Shown here piece after piece: positions 54,052 to 63,986 of a DNA stretch of 64,000 nucleotides (position 1 is its first letter; each line of letters opens with the position of its first letter). The stretch spans positions 6,203 to 70,202 of the forward strand of contig VGOP01000006.1 of assembly GCA_016875875.1 (NCBI GenBank), read 5' to 3'. The position numbers were made by a program, and so were the translations under genes. This stretch comes from Chloroflexota bacterium. GTDB lineage: Bacteria; Chloroflexota; Dehalococcoidia; GIF9; UBA5629. The notes beneath the pieces were generated by a model. The model saw only the letters and a list, made by a program, of their open reading frames with translations, had not been told where the DNA came from and did no database searches.

Positions 54052-56010
54052 ATGGCAAAGCTGCTCTGGAAACCATCCGAGGAACGAAAAAAGAAATCCA
54101 ATATAGTAAAGTTCATAGATTATGTCAATAAGCGGTATGCCAAGAAAATCAGCACTTATGACGAACTATATTCCTGGTCAGTAAGTGATATACCCGATTT
54201 CTGGGCTGCAGTATGGGACTTCGTTAAAATCAGGGCTTCCAAAAGCTATGACACCGTAATCGATGACCTGAATAAAATGCCAGGTGCCAAATGGTTTAAC
54301 GGGGCAAGACTGAATTTCGCCGAAAACCTGCTCAGATATAGAGATAATCACACAGCCTTTATATTCAGAGGGGAAACTCAAAAATCAGCAAAAATGAGCT
54401 ATGCGGAACTGTATGACACCGTGGCACGTCTGTCAAAATCCCTGCGGCAAATGGGAGTTTCTCCGGGAGATCGGGTGGCAGCATACATGCCCAACATGAT
54501 GGAGACTGCCATTGCTATGCTCGCCGGCACCAGCGTTGGCGCTACTTGGGCTTCCTGCGCTACTGACATCGGTCCCGAAGCAGCTATTGACCGCCTTGGC
54601 CAAATCGAACCAAAAGTTCTATTCACCGTTGATGGCTATTTCTACAAGGGAAAGGGGTTTAATTCCCTTCCCAATGCCGCTGAGATTGTCCAGAAAATAC
54701 CTTCAATCGAAAGGGTCGTAGTGGCTTCCTACACAGGACAGAAACAAGATATCAGCTTTATCCCAAACTCGGTGCACTGGATTGACTTCCTATCCCCTGA
54801 GAAAGGACTTGAAATTCAGTTTGAACAGCTACCTTTTGAGCATCCCGTATTTATCATGTTCTCTTCTGGAACAACTGGTAAGCCAAAGTGTATGGTGCAG
54901 GGAGCCGGCGGAATCCTTATCAATCAGTTAAAGGAGCTAATTATCCATACAGATTTGAAACGAGAGGACATCCACTTCTTCATCACCACTTGTAGCTGGA
55001 TGATGTGGAACTGGATGTTGAGCTCTTTGGCAACAGGAAACACTTTAGTTTTATATGACGGCAATCCCAGCTATCCCGACCTAGGCGCTACGTGGAAGTT
55101 GATGCAAGACGAAAAAGTTACCATGTTCGGTTGCAGCGCAAGCTATATCAATTTTCTCAGAGGCGAGAAATTCAAGCCCGGGAAGGATTACGATCTATCA
55201 TCAGTGCAGCAAATATGGCAAACCGGCTCAGCTCTTTCAGTCGACGGATTTGAGTATGTTTACCAAGAGGTTAAGAAGGACTTGTGGTTTAACTCTAGCT
55301 CCGGCGGCACTGATATTAATGGCTGTTTCTGCACTGGGAACATTATCAGCCCCGTATATGCCGGCGAACTACAAGGGCCTGCTTTAGCTATGAAAATAAA
55401 TATCTACGATGAAAATGGCAAGCCAATAGCTGACCGTGAGGGCGAACTCGTCTGTGAAGCTCCTGCCCCTTGCATGCCACTTTACTTCTGGAACGACCCC
55501 GGCGGCAAAAAATACCTGGAAGCCTATTTTGAAGTTTATCCCGGTGTATGGCGTCATGGTGATTATGTCATGCGTAACAGCAAAACAGGGGGATTTATTT
55601 TCTTCGGACGCTCTGATTCCGTGTTGAAGCCTTCTGGGGTCCGCATAGGTACAGCCGAGATATATAACCAGGTGGAAAAATTAGAAGAGGTTGCTGACAG
55701 TCTGGCAATAGGACAGAACTGGGAAGGAGACCAGCGCGTTATTCTCTTCGTTAAACTTACTGAAGGTCACAATCTGACAGAGGACTTGAAAAACAAGATT
55801 AGAAAGACGCTGCGTGAAAATGCTTCCCCACGGCACATTCCAGCTAAAATCCTTCAGGTGCCCGATATTCCTTACACCCTGAACATGAAGAAGGTTGAAA
55901 GCGCCGTTACCAACATAATACATGGTAGACCAGTCTTGAACAGAGACGCTTTGGGCAATCCCCAATGCCTGGATTACTACGAGAAGCTCCTTGAAGAGCT
56001 TAAGACATAA
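54052..56010 (+). CDS. acetoacetate--CoA ligase (acetoacetyl-CoA synthetase, AMP-forming)
   Basis: 652 aa. N-terminal 'YDELYSWSVSDIPDFWAAVWDF'; AMP-binding 'FSSGTTGKPK'; C-terminal 'ILQVPDIPYTLNMKK'. Confidence 0.8.
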   Translation: MAKLLWKPSEERKKKSNIVKFIDYVNKRYAKKISTYDELYSWSVSDIPDFWAAVWDFVKIRASKSYDTVIDDLNKMPGAKWFNGARLNFAENLLRYRDNHTAFIFRGETQKSAKMSYAELYDTVARLSKSLRQMGVSPGDRVAAYMPNMMETAIAMLAGTSVGATWASCATDIGPEAAIDRLGQIEPKVLFTVDGYFYKGKGFNSLPNAAEIVQKIPSIERVVVASYTGQKQDISFIPNSVHWIDFLSPEKGLEIQFEQLPFEHPVFIMFSSGTTGKPKCMVQGAGGILINQLKELIIHTDLKREDIHFFITTCSWMMWNWMLSSLATGNTLVLYDGNPSYPDLGATWKLMQDEKVTMFGCSASYINFLRGEKFKPGKDYDLSSVQQIWQTGSALSVDGFEYVYQEVKKDLWFNSSSGGTDINGCFCTGNIISPVYAGELQGPALAMKINIYDENGKPIADREGELVCEAPAPCMPLYFWNDPGGKKYLEAYFEVYPGVWRHGDYVMRNSKTGGFIFFGRSDSVLKPSGVRIGTAEIYNQVEKLEEVADSLAIGQNWEGDQRVILFVKLTEGHNLTEDLKNKIRKTLRENASPRHIPAKILQVPDIPYTLNMKKVESAVTNIIHGRPVLNRDALGNPQCLDYYEKLLEELKT

Positions 56011-56322
56011 TGCACCAGGGTCTATCAGGCATTTGTAAATTTAGTAGCCACCGGGTGCTACCCAAAGGATAAGAGCAAAATAGATTACCCTTAAAGTTCT
56101 ACTCAAAAGGATATTTCCACCTTTCGAACATGCTATGTAACTCGTTGCTTGCTCACAGCACTCTTTAGCACGTGTTCCACCAGCATCAAGCAATGACAAC
56201 CACCATAGCTTACAGAAACCCCGGTTCTGTATTTGACACACCCAAGGAATGAGAGTTAACATATATGGCCGTTCACTTTGAAATACAAAGCGATTAGCTA
56301 AGAAGAGTCAAGGAAATTCTCT

Positions 56323-56901
56323 GTGATTACAAAGCTGTATGAGATTAGATGGCATGGACGGGGCGGACAGGGAGCAGTAACAGCCGCCAAGATAGTAGCT
56401 CAGGCAGCCCACTTTAAAGGATATCAAGGTGTAACGGCGGCACCATCATTTGGCGCTGAGAGAAGGGGTGTTCCAGTAAGTGCCTTAACCAGGATTGCCC
56501 CAGAACCAGTAATGGTTGTATCTCAGGTGGAAAAACCGAAAGCTGTTGTGGTTCTGGACCAGTCGCTGCTTAAATACCAGGAGGTAATCAGCGGCTTAGG
56601 CAAGGGGGGATGGCTGGTAGTTAACTCATGGCTGCACCCTAAAGAACTTAACATCAAAGGCGATTTTAACATCGCCACCGCCGATGCTACTAAAGTCTGT
56701 CGAGAGATGGGGCTGATGGTCGGCGGACTCCCAATGGTGAACACTGCTATGCTAGGTGCCCTTGCTTGCGCTAGTCAAATAGTGGATATGCCCAGCATTG
56801 AAAAGGTAATAAGGGAAAGATTTACCAATAACGCTGTTGGCATTAACCTCGCCGCTATTGAGAAGACCTACGAGATTACCAAACTGGAGAGAATAGGATA
56901 A
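56323..56901 (+). CDS. porG: 2-oxoacid:ferredoxin oxidoreductase gamma subunit
   Basis: 'IRWHGRGGQGAVTAAKIVAQAAHFKGYQGVTAAPSFGAERRG'. Confidence 0.8.
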   Translation: MITKLYEIRWHGRGGQGAVTAAKIVAQAAHFKGYQGVTAAPSFGAERRGVPVSALTRIAPEPVMVVSQVEKPKAVVVLDQSLLKYQEVISGLGKGGWLVVNSWLHPKELNIKGDFNIATADATKVCREMGLMVGGLPMVNTAMLGALACASQIVDMPSIEKVIRERFTNNAVGINLAAIEKTYEITKLERIG

Positions 56902-56910
56902 CACAAGACC

Positions 56911-57186
56911 TTGGGAACCAGGGATTGCCAGCATATCTGCGATGAGTCATCGCCAGCTATCGGTGAAGCTGGCAAGACAGGTGAGTGGCGCAGCCTGATG
57001 CCGGTGATACACAATAACAAGTGTATCCCGGCTAAACAAAAGAAGCCCTCATGTTTTCTCTGCTGGCTGTATTGTCCAGATGCTGTCATAAAGAAAACCA
57101 TACCCATCCAAATAAATCTGGAATACTGCAAAGGGTGCGGAATATGCATGCAGATATGCCCGGCCAAGGCTATAACCATGGTGTAA
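56911..57186 (+). CDS. porD: 2-oxoacid:ferredoxin oxidoreductase delta subunit (2x[4Fe-4S] ferredoxin)
   Basis: 'GEWRSLMPVIHNNKCIPAKQKKPSCFLCWLYCPDAVI...YCKGCGICMQICPAKAI'. TTG start at 56911; start uncertain. Confidence 0.7.
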   Translation: MGTRDCQHICDESSPAIGEAGKTGEWRSLMPVIHNNKCIPAKQKKPSCFLCWLYCPDAVIKKTIPIQINLEYCKGCGICMQICPAKAITMV

Positions 57187-57218
57187 CGAAAAAAACAGCT
57201 CTGTCTGGAACAAGAAAA

Positions 57219-58454
57219 TTGAGCAGCTCTTTGGCAAAGAAAGATAATAAAGCCAATATTCGATTGCTGGACGGCAATCAAGCTGCCGCCGAGGGGGCTA
57301 AACTCAGCCGTGTCCAGGTCATTGCCGCCTACCCCATCACGCCACAAACACCACTTACCGAAGCACTTTCTGAATTCGTGGAGAGAGGCGACCTAAAAGC
57401 TGAATACGTCGCCGTCGAAAGTGAACATAGCGCCATGACCGTATGCACTTCAGCCTCTCTAGTAGGAGCCAGAACCTTCACCGCCACAAGCGCCCATGGT
57501 TTAGCCTACATGCATGAAATGCTGCATTGGGCGGCTGGGGCACGCCTACCAGTGGTGCTCGCCTGCGTTAACCGCGCCATCGGAGCACCCTGGAATATAC
57601 TCAACGACCAGCAGGACTCTATATCCCAGCGTGATACCGGCTGGATACAGATATATGCCCGAAACAACCAGGAAATTCTGGATTCTATCATCCAGGCGTA
57701 CAAGATTGCGGAAACTGTATACGTGCCCGTCATGGTCTGCTTCGATGGCTACGTCCTATCCCATACCGAAATGCCGGTGGACGTACCGTCACAAGAAGAG
57801 GTGGATAAATTCCTACCCCGGTATAAACCGCACACCATACTGGACCCAGCCAACCCCAAAAACTACAACCTGGTAACGCTCGCCGACCCCAGAGTCAACG
57901 CCGAGGGTGTCCTCTGTCACGGATACATGGAGCTGAGATATCTCCTCCAGGAAGCTTTGCAAGACTCCACAGAAACGATAATGAAGGTAGGACAGGAATT
58001 CGGCGAACTATTCGACAGGAACTACGCCAACATGTTCTGGGAAGATGACATGAACGATGCCGATATAGTTATTGTTGCCATGGGCAGCCTGGCAATGGAA
58101 GCAAAGGTGGCTGTTGACATGCTTCGAGAGGAGGGCCATAAGGTCGGTATTTTAGGTCTGAGAGTGTTCAGGCCATTTCCTAAAGCCGCTTTGGTAAAGG
58201 CATTAGAGAAGGCCCAACTGATTGCGGTTTTCGATAAGAATATCAGCTATGGCTCCGAGGGGGCTACCTGCTCAGAAATCAAGGCAGCTCTTTACGGTAG
58301 TCAGGTAAAAGCGGCCATAAGAAACTTCATCGTCGGACTTGGTGGGCGAGATGTAAAAGCCAGAGAGCTGGCAGATGCAGTGAGAGAAGCTATAACCTCG
58401 TTGAAAACAGGCGCTTTGAATATCGAACATCCTGAATGGATATGCTACATCTAA
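57219..58454 (+). CDS. porA: 2-oxoacid:ferredoxin oxidoreductase alpha subunit
   Basis: 'LLDGNQAAAEGAKLSRVQVIAAYPITPQTPLTE'. Start tentatively at TTG 57219; the track ORF begins at 57051 inside porD, and an alternative ATG lies at 57144. Confidence 0.75.
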   Translation: MSSSLAKKDNKANIRLLDGNQAAAEGAKLSRVQVIAAYPITPQTPLTEALSEFVERGDLKAEYVAVESEHSAMTVCTSASLVGARTFTATSAHGLAYMHEMLHWAAGARLPVVLACVNRAIGAPWNILNDQQDSISQRDTGWIQIYARNNQEILDSIIQAYKIAETVYVPVMVCFDGYVLSHTEMPVDVPSQEEVDKFLPRYKPHTILDPANPKNYNLVTLADPRVNAEGVLCHGYMELRYLLQEALQDSTETIMKVGQEFGELFDRNYANMFWEDDMNDADIVIVAMGSLAMEAKVAVDMLREEGHKVGILGLRVFRPFPKAALVKALEKAQLIAVFDKNISYGSEGATCSEIKAALYGSQVKAAIRNFIVGLGGRDVKARELADAVREAITSLKTGALNIEHPEWICYI

Positions 58455-58467
58455 GAGGTACTCCATT

Positions 58468-59403
58468 TTGAAAGTTAACGCAGTCAACCTAACTGAAACA
58501 GAATATGCACTGCCCGGCAACAGGACATGCCCGGGATGTGCCTTAGCTCTTGCCTATCGCCACATTCTAAAGGCATTAGATGGGCAGGTCATTGTCACCG
58601 TGCCAGCAAGTTGTCTCACCGTACTGCACGGCATGTACCCAATAACATCGGTTAATGTCCCTTGCGTGAATACGCCGTTTGCCTCCACCGGGGCATCAGC
58701 AACAGGATTAGTTGCCGGACTCCGGGCTACGGGCAAGAAGGGAATTACAATACTGGCAATGGCTGGCGATGGTGGCACCCATGACATAGGAATCCAGTCG
58801 TTGAGTGGAGCCGCAGAAAGGCAGGAGGATTTCATCTACATCTGCTACGACAACGAAGGCTATATGAACACCGGTAATCAACGCTCAGGCTCAACGCCCC
58901 TGGGTGCTATCACAGGCACCACACCTGTACTGGGCAAGCGACAGAACCCCAAAGACATGGCTGCCATAATGGAAGCCCATTGCCTGCCGTATATCGCCAC
59001 TGCCAATGCCTCTTACCCACTGGACCTGTACGAAAAGGTCAGAAAAACAAAAGGGATAAAGGGCACCAGGTTCATTCATGTTTTTACCCCCTGCGCTCCC
59101 GGCTGGCAATTCCCATACAGTGACACCATCAAAATCGGCCAGTTGGCAGTAGAAACCGGACTGGTTGTGCTCTATGAAGTAGAGGATGACGTTTTTCGTC
59201 TCACCTCTGCAAGCGAGTCCCTCGCCCAAAAGGGTAAGCTGAAGCCGGTGAGAGAATACCTAACTGAACAGGGAAGGTTTAAAAACGTTACCGAAGAGCA
59301 AATCGCTCAATTACAGGACTGGGTAAATGCCCGATGGCAATGCTATCTCGCCCGGGCAGCCAGTTTACAGCCTGCGACTGATATCACAGAATCAGCACCC
59401 TGA
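58468..59403 (+). CDS. porB: 2-oxoacid:ferredoxin oxidoreductase beta subunit (TPP-binding)
   Basis: 'CPGCALALAYRHILKAL', 'MAGDGGTHDIGIQSLSGAAERQEDFIYICYDNEGYMNTGNQRS' (GDG-x-N TPP motif). Confidence 0.85.
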   Translation: MKVNAVNLTETEYALPGNRTCPGCALALAYRHILKALDGQVIVTVPASCLTVLHGMYPITSVNVPCVNTPFASTGASATGLVAGLRATGKKGITILAMAGDGGTHDIGIQSLSGAAERQEDFIYICYDNEGYMNTGNQRSGSTPLGAITGTTPVLGKRQNPKDMAAIMEAHCLPYIATANASYPLDLYEKVRKTKGIKGTRFIHVFTPCAPGWQFPYSDTIKIGQLAVETGLVVLYEVEDDVFRLTSASESLAQKGKLKPVREYLTEQGRFKNVTEEQIAQLQDWVNARWQCYLARAASLQPATDITESAP

Positions 59404-59574
59404 GACATCCCGAAAATAATTTATCTCTTTTCACTCGACAAAGCAGTTTTGTCGAGTCTCACACTGACACCACACAAAAAACCGCCCTGAACCCTAAGCT
59501 AAGATGACAGTCTAACTACGAGGATAGTATAATGGTTACAGATTATATATGCTGATAGCTGTGATATTGTTTCA

Positions 59575-60900
59575 ATGCGCCGAAGCGATTTATCGAAGCT
59601 TTCCCTGTTTCCGTTAACAAAGGAGGTTGACAATCACGGTCACCTTCATATTGGTGGCTGCGACTGTGTTGAGCTGGCTAAAAAATTCGGCACCCCACTT
59701 TATGTTTTCGACGAGGCCACTCTTCGCTCCAAGTGCCAGGAGTTCAAGGCTGAATTCACCAAGCGTTATTCGAACACACTTGTCATATATGCATCAAAGG
59801 CTTTCCTGAATCGTGCTATAGCCATTATCTTCAAAGAAGAAGACCTGGGCCTAGATGTTGTCTCTGGCGGAGAGATGAGCGTGGCTCAGTCGATAGACTT
59901 CCCCCCAGAAAAGGTGTATTTCCATGGAAATAATAAGACTGGCGATGAGCTAAAGCTAGCTCTAGATTGGGGAATCGGGCGAATTGTAGTTGACAATTTG
60001 GATGAGCTGGAACTGCTTAATTCATTGGCTCGCGATGTGGGAGTTAGACAGGCCATTCTACTCCGCCTTAATCCGGGAGTTGACCCTCATACTCACCGAC
60101 ATACTACGACCGGCATACTGGATAGCAAATTTGGCTTTCCGCTAGCTACCGGACAGGCTGAGACGGCAGTAGCCAAAGCCACGTCAGCTTCAAACATTGA
60201 GCTCGTGGGCCTTCACTTTCACCTCGGCTCACCGATTCCCGATACCTCCTCCTATCAGATAGCCATAAGCCTTATCTTTAATTTTGCCAAGGAAATGAAA
60301 ACCAAGCATGATTTTCATCTCGACGAATTCAGCCCCGGCGGTGGCTTTGCCGTCCGGTATACGGTAGAATCACAGGCACCAGACATAGCTGACTATGCCG
60401 AAGCCATAACTGCCAGGGTTTCAGGTCTAGTCAGTGAGCTTGGCTTGACACGCCCAAAGCTAATCATCGAACCCGGAAGAGCCATCGTGGCACAAGCCGG
60501 CGTGGCTTTGTATACTGTCGGTTCAATAAAAGAGATTCCCGGGGTGCGGAAATATGTATGTGTGGACGGCGGCATGGGAGACAACATACGCCCAGCTCTT
60601 TATGAAGCGAGATATGAAGTCTTGGTGGCAAACAAGGTCAGCGATGATGAGTCAACAAAAGTCACTATAGCCGGTAAATATTGCGAGTCAGGTGACATAC
60701 TTGCCAAAGACGTAAACCTGGCTCCAGTGTCACCGGGAGATATTATCGCTATACCGGTCAGCGGCGCTTATGCTATCCCCATGTCGAGCAACTATAACAT
60801 GGTGCCCAGGCCAGCCGTTGTGATGGTCAGAGACGGCAAAGCCCGACTCATCCGGAAGCGCGAGAGCTATAAGGACTTGATGAGATTAGACTTAATTTAG
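59575..60900 (+). CDS. lysA: diaminopimelate decarboxylase
   Basis: 'TPLYVFDEATLRSKCQEF', PLP-Lys 'VIYASKAF', 'GFPLATGQAE', 'ESGDILAKD'. Confidence 0.85.
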   Translation: MRRSDLSKLSLFPLTKEVDNHGHLHIGGCDCVELAKKFGTPLYVFDEATLRSKCQEFKAEFTKRYSNTLVIYASKAFLNRAIAIIFKEEDLGLDVVSGGEMSVAQSIDFPPEKVYFHGNNKTGDELKLALDWGIGRIVVDNLDELELLNSLARDVGVRQAILLRLNPGVDPHTHRHTTTGILDSKFGFPLATGQAETAVAKATSASNIELVGLHFHLGSPIPDTSSYQIAISLIFNFAKEMKTKHDFHLDEFSPGGGFAVRYTVESQAPDIADYAEAITARVSGLVSELGLTRPKLIIEPGRAIVAQAGVALYTVGSIKEIPGVRKYVCVDGGMGDNIRPALYEARYEVLVANKVSDDESTKVTIAGKYCESGDILAKDVNLAPVSPGDIIAIPVSGAYAIPMSSNYNMVPRPAVVMVRDGKARLIRKRESYKDLMRLDLI

Positions 60901-60907
60901 AAAAGAT

Positions 60908-61951
60908 ATGTGGCAAACGATTGGTCAACCAGAAGCATTAGCTTTATTTGAACATAGTCTTCAAACCGGCAATTTGGCTCATGCTTACCTTTTTGTTGGA
61001 GCAGCACACATAGGTAAGACAACATTGGCACTTGATTTAACCAGAGCAGTGAACTGTCAAGGCAGCGAGCCACCTTGTGGTGAGTGCCAGTCCTGTAAAA
61101 GAATTGCCAACGGCAAGCATGCCGATATTACAATTATAGGTTTGAACTCAGCCAAAGATTCAGGGGATGCAAAATCACGGGTTGAGATTAGCATAGATGA
61201 TATTAGGGAGCTCCAGCGCAATGCCAGCTTGCCTCCTTTCGAGGGTAAACATAAAGTGTTTGTTATTGACGGCGCTGAATATTTGTCTAGCGAGGCGGCC
61301 AACTGCTTGCTCAAAACCATAGAAGAACCTCCACCCTACGTAATGATACTTCTCTTGACCGCCGAAGAGCTGCGGCTCTTGCCCACAGTGATCTCTCGCT
61401 GCCAGCGGATAAAATTGAAGCCAGTGTCTAACGAGGAAATAGAGAAGATACTCATCGAGGCCTATGGCGTTGACAGCGATAGAGCTAAACTCTTGGCCCG
61501 ATTGTCTCAGGGCTGCCTTGGCTGGGCACTAACAGTTTATATGGATGATAGTTACCTTGCACAGCGGAATCAAAGGCTAACCGAAATGTTCTCTTTGCTA
61601 GATTCTGGCTGGGAAGAGCGCTTCAACTATGCCGCTAAGCTCGGGAATGACCGTAAGTCGGCCGAGGAGATGATAAAGCTCTGGTTCGCATGGTGGCGCG
61701 ATGTGATGCTGACTAAATGCGGCTGCGAGCATGCCATCACTAATGTTGACTATGCACCCATACTTGAGAAATGGGCACAGGTGCTAAGCTTATTGGAGAT
61801 TAAGGACTTCATCAATAGGCTGCAACAAGCGTTAAACCAAATCGCCATAAATGCTAACCTGCGCTTAGTGTTTGAAATATTGATGCTTAACATGCCTAGA
61901 AAGGAGAGGGCACTGGGTCAAATAACATTACCAAAGCCCGTAAGATTATAA
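60908..61951 (+). CDS. holB: DNA polymerase III delta-prime subunit
   Basis: 'AHAYLFVGAAHIGKTTLALDLTRAVNCQGSEPPCGECQSCKRIANGKHADI'. Confidence 0.85.
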   Translation: MWQTIGQPEALALFEHSLQTGNLAHAYLFVGAAHIGKTTLALDLTRAVNCQGSEPPCGECQSCKRIANGKHADITIIGLNSAKDSGDAKSRVEISIDDIRELQRNASLPPFEGKHKVFVIDGAEYLSSEAANCLLKTIEEPPPYVMILLLTAEELRLLPTVISRCQRIKLKPVSNEEIEKILIEAYGVDSDRAKLLARLSQGCLGWALTVYMDDSYLAQRNQRLTEMFSLLDSGWEERFNYAAKLGNDRKSAEEMIKLWFAWWRDVMLTKCGCEHAITNVDYAPILEKWAQVLSLLEIKDFINRLQQALNQIAINANLRLVFEILMLNMPRKERALGQITLPKPVRL

Positions 61952-62784
61952 TGTCAGAAATAGTTGGAGTTCGTTTTAATCAAGCTGGCAAAGTCTACTA
62001 TTTTGACGCCATGAATATCCCCGTGGAAATAAATGACAATGTGGTTGTTGAGACCAGCCGTGGCTATGAACTGGGCAAAGTGGTCATCTCCCCAAAACAA
62101 GTTATTCACAGTGAAATAACCGAACCATTGAAACCCATTGCCCGCAAAGCACAGGCGGAGGACATGGAGAAAGCTCAGCGGCAACAAGAAAGGGCAACAA
62201 ACGCCATAGCCAAATGCCGAGAACTAATCGAAAGACTCAACTTGCCAATGAAACCGATTTCAGCTCAATATAATTTGGACGGAAGCCATCTCACCATCTT
62301 CTTCAGTGCCGAGAAAAGAGTGGATTTTCGCGAGCTCGTTCGGGAGTTAAGCCGCAACCTAAAGACACGAGTCGAACTAAGGCAAGTTGGAGCTAGAGAC
62401 GAGGCAAAGTTAGTCGGCGGCTTAGGTAAATGCGGTTTACCCTTGTGCTGTACCACCTTCCTCAGCGAGTTTGCGCCGGTTTCCATTAAGATGGCAAAGG
62501 AGCAAGATATAGCACTAAACCCAATGAAAACGTCTGGTATCTGCGGTCGGCTCCTCTGTTGCTTGGGCTATGAATATGAACAATACCGAGCTATGAAAGA
62601 AAAGATGCCCCCATTGCGTCAGGAGGTGTCTACGGCCTTGGGAAATGCTAAAGTAGTCAGCTTTAATCCGATTAAAGAAACAGTGACCGTGGAATTAGAA
62701 ACAGGGAGTACCGTAGAATTGCCTCTTAGCCAGATAGCCTGGCGTGAAAAAGCAGCAGACGATAAGCAGCAAACAAAAACTTAG
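61951..62784 (+). CDS. ricT: PSP1 C-terminal domain protein (YaaT/RicT-like)
   Basis: 'IVGVRFNQAGKVYYFDAMNIPVEINDNVVVETSRGYELGKVV' and a Cys cluster 'CGLPLCCTTF...CGRLLCCLGYE'. Its ATG overlaps the holB stop. Confidence 0.8.
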   Translation: MSEIVGVRFNQAGKVYYFDAMNIPVEINDNVVVETSRGYELGKVVISPKQVIHSEITEPLKPIARKAQAEDMEKAQRQQERATNAIAKCRELIERLNLPMKPISAQYNLDGSHLTIFFSAEKRVDFRELVRELSRNLKTRVELRQVGARDEAKLVGGLGKCGLPLCCTTFLSEFAPVSIKMAKEQDIALNPMKTSGICGRLLCCLGYEYEQYRAMKEKMPPLRQEVSTALGNAKVVSFNPIKETVTVELETGSTVELPLSQIAWREKAADDKQQTKT

Positions 62785-62786
62785 AT

Positions 62787-63290
62787 TTACTGAGGAAGAT
62801 ATTTCTGCCACTCGGTATGCACACGGATGTACTGGTAAGGCACGTAGAAGCCATCGTTGTGTGGTGGTCTAGGTTGGTGAAGTAGTGGCATCCCAGCCTC
62901 TATTGGCGTTCGTCCGGCCTTCCGACGATTACAAGGTATACAAGCGCTTACCACGTTTTCCCAGCTATGCTCACCACCACGCCGCCGCGGTATAACATGA
63001 TCTAAAGTGAGTTCCTTACTCTCCCGACCACAGTATTGACAAGCATACCGGTCGCGATTGAAAACTTCAAGCTTGGTCAACTTACGCTGCTGCCGCGGTC
63101 GCCTAATAAAATAACCAAGCCGAATCACCGAGGGAACATCGAAAATATCATCAATGGAATGGAGATTACCTCGCCCATTCTCCAAAACCTCAGCCTTGCC
63201 ACAAAACAGCAAAACTATAGCCCTGCGTACTCTGCAGATATTAAGCGGTTCATAATTCTGATTAAGTACCAGAACTGGCGAGTTTACCAC
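62787..63290 (-). CDS. HNH endonuclease
   Basis: 'YACQYCGRESKELTLDHVIPRRRGGEHSWENVVSACIPCNRRKAGR'. Confidence 0.8.
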   Translation of the reverse strand: MVNSPVLVLNQNYEPLNICRVRRAIVLLFCGKAEVLENGRGNLHSIDDIFDVPSVIRLGYFIRRPRQQRKLTKLEVFNRDRYACQYCGRESKELTLDHVIPRRRGGEHSWENVVSACIPCNRRKAGRTPIEAGMPLLHQPRPPHNDGFYVPYQYIRVHTEWQKYLPQ

Positions 63291-63347
63291 GGCTCTTTCC
63301 TAGCTAATCTAGGTTATTTTAGCAGGAAAACTTTTGGCCGACAACAG

Positions 63348-63986
63348 CTAAGACAATCGACCCCGCCGCGAGTACCGTTGCTGTGTCTTGGCTTCACGAG
63401 CCAGTGGCGACTTTATATCACCCCGATGATCAGGTGCATTGATATTTAATACAAGGCTGAGTCTGGGGTCAACCATCCGTGAGCCGATACGTCTTTCAAT
63501 ACTATCCAAGTCAAAACAGGTGGTGATCACCGTGGCTAACCTAGCATTATAGCGATAATTTATTAGCTGATAGAGCTTTTCCTGAGCCCACGGCGTGGCT
63601 GCCTGCTCACCAAAATCATCAAGAATAAGCACCGGAGCCTTCTTGATTTTTTCAAAGAGCTCATCATAGGACACCCTGCTCTCCGGATTAAAAGTGGAGC
63701 GCAAATAATCGAGGAGATCAGTAACCACAATGAACAAGACTGATTTACCCTCGCGGCGCAGATGATTGTAAATGGCGGCTGCCAGGTGTGTTTTGCCACA
63801 TCCATTGATACCCATGAAAATCAACCAGCCCTCCGGAGATTTAGCAAAATTGACTGCACCGTGATAGGCTCGCTCCAGGCTCTGGCGCTCCTCAGGCGAG
63901 AGATCCAAGAGCTTATAATCAAAATTATTGAAGGCCTTCTCGCGCAATGCCTCTAACTCTATGCTGCCAAGATGCTCCAAAGTCAA
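63348..63986 (-). CDS. DnaC/IstB-like AAA+ ATPase (helicase-loader-like); the N-terminus may extend beyond the window end
   Basis: Walker A 'GINGCGKTHLAAAIYNH', Walker B 'VLILDDFGEQ', sensor 'ATVITTC'. The frame upstream of TTG 63986 stays open to position 64000. Confidence 0.65.
   Translation of the reverse strand: MTLEHLGSIELEALREKAFNNFDYKLLDLSPEERQSLERAYHGAVNFAKSPEGWLIFMGINGCGKTHLAAAIYNHLRREGKSVLFIVVTDLLDYLRSTFNPESRVSYDELFEKIKKAPVLILDDFGEQAATPWAQEKLYQLINYRYNARLATVITTCFDLDSIERRIGSRMVDPRLSLVLNINAPDHRGDIKSPLAREAKTQQRYSRRGRLS

Noticed and set aside
56041-56262. 73-aa minus-strand ORF between aacS and porG
   Set aside because: It is an intergenic shadow ORF with no RBS and no motif. The region more likely holds the por promoter.
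59404-59574. Possible lysine riboswitch upstream of lysA
   Set aside because: Only a 9-bp hairpin (CTCGACAAA/TTTGTCGAG) and a TATAAT are present. I do not see the conserved lysine-riboswitch core elements, so I am not calling it.
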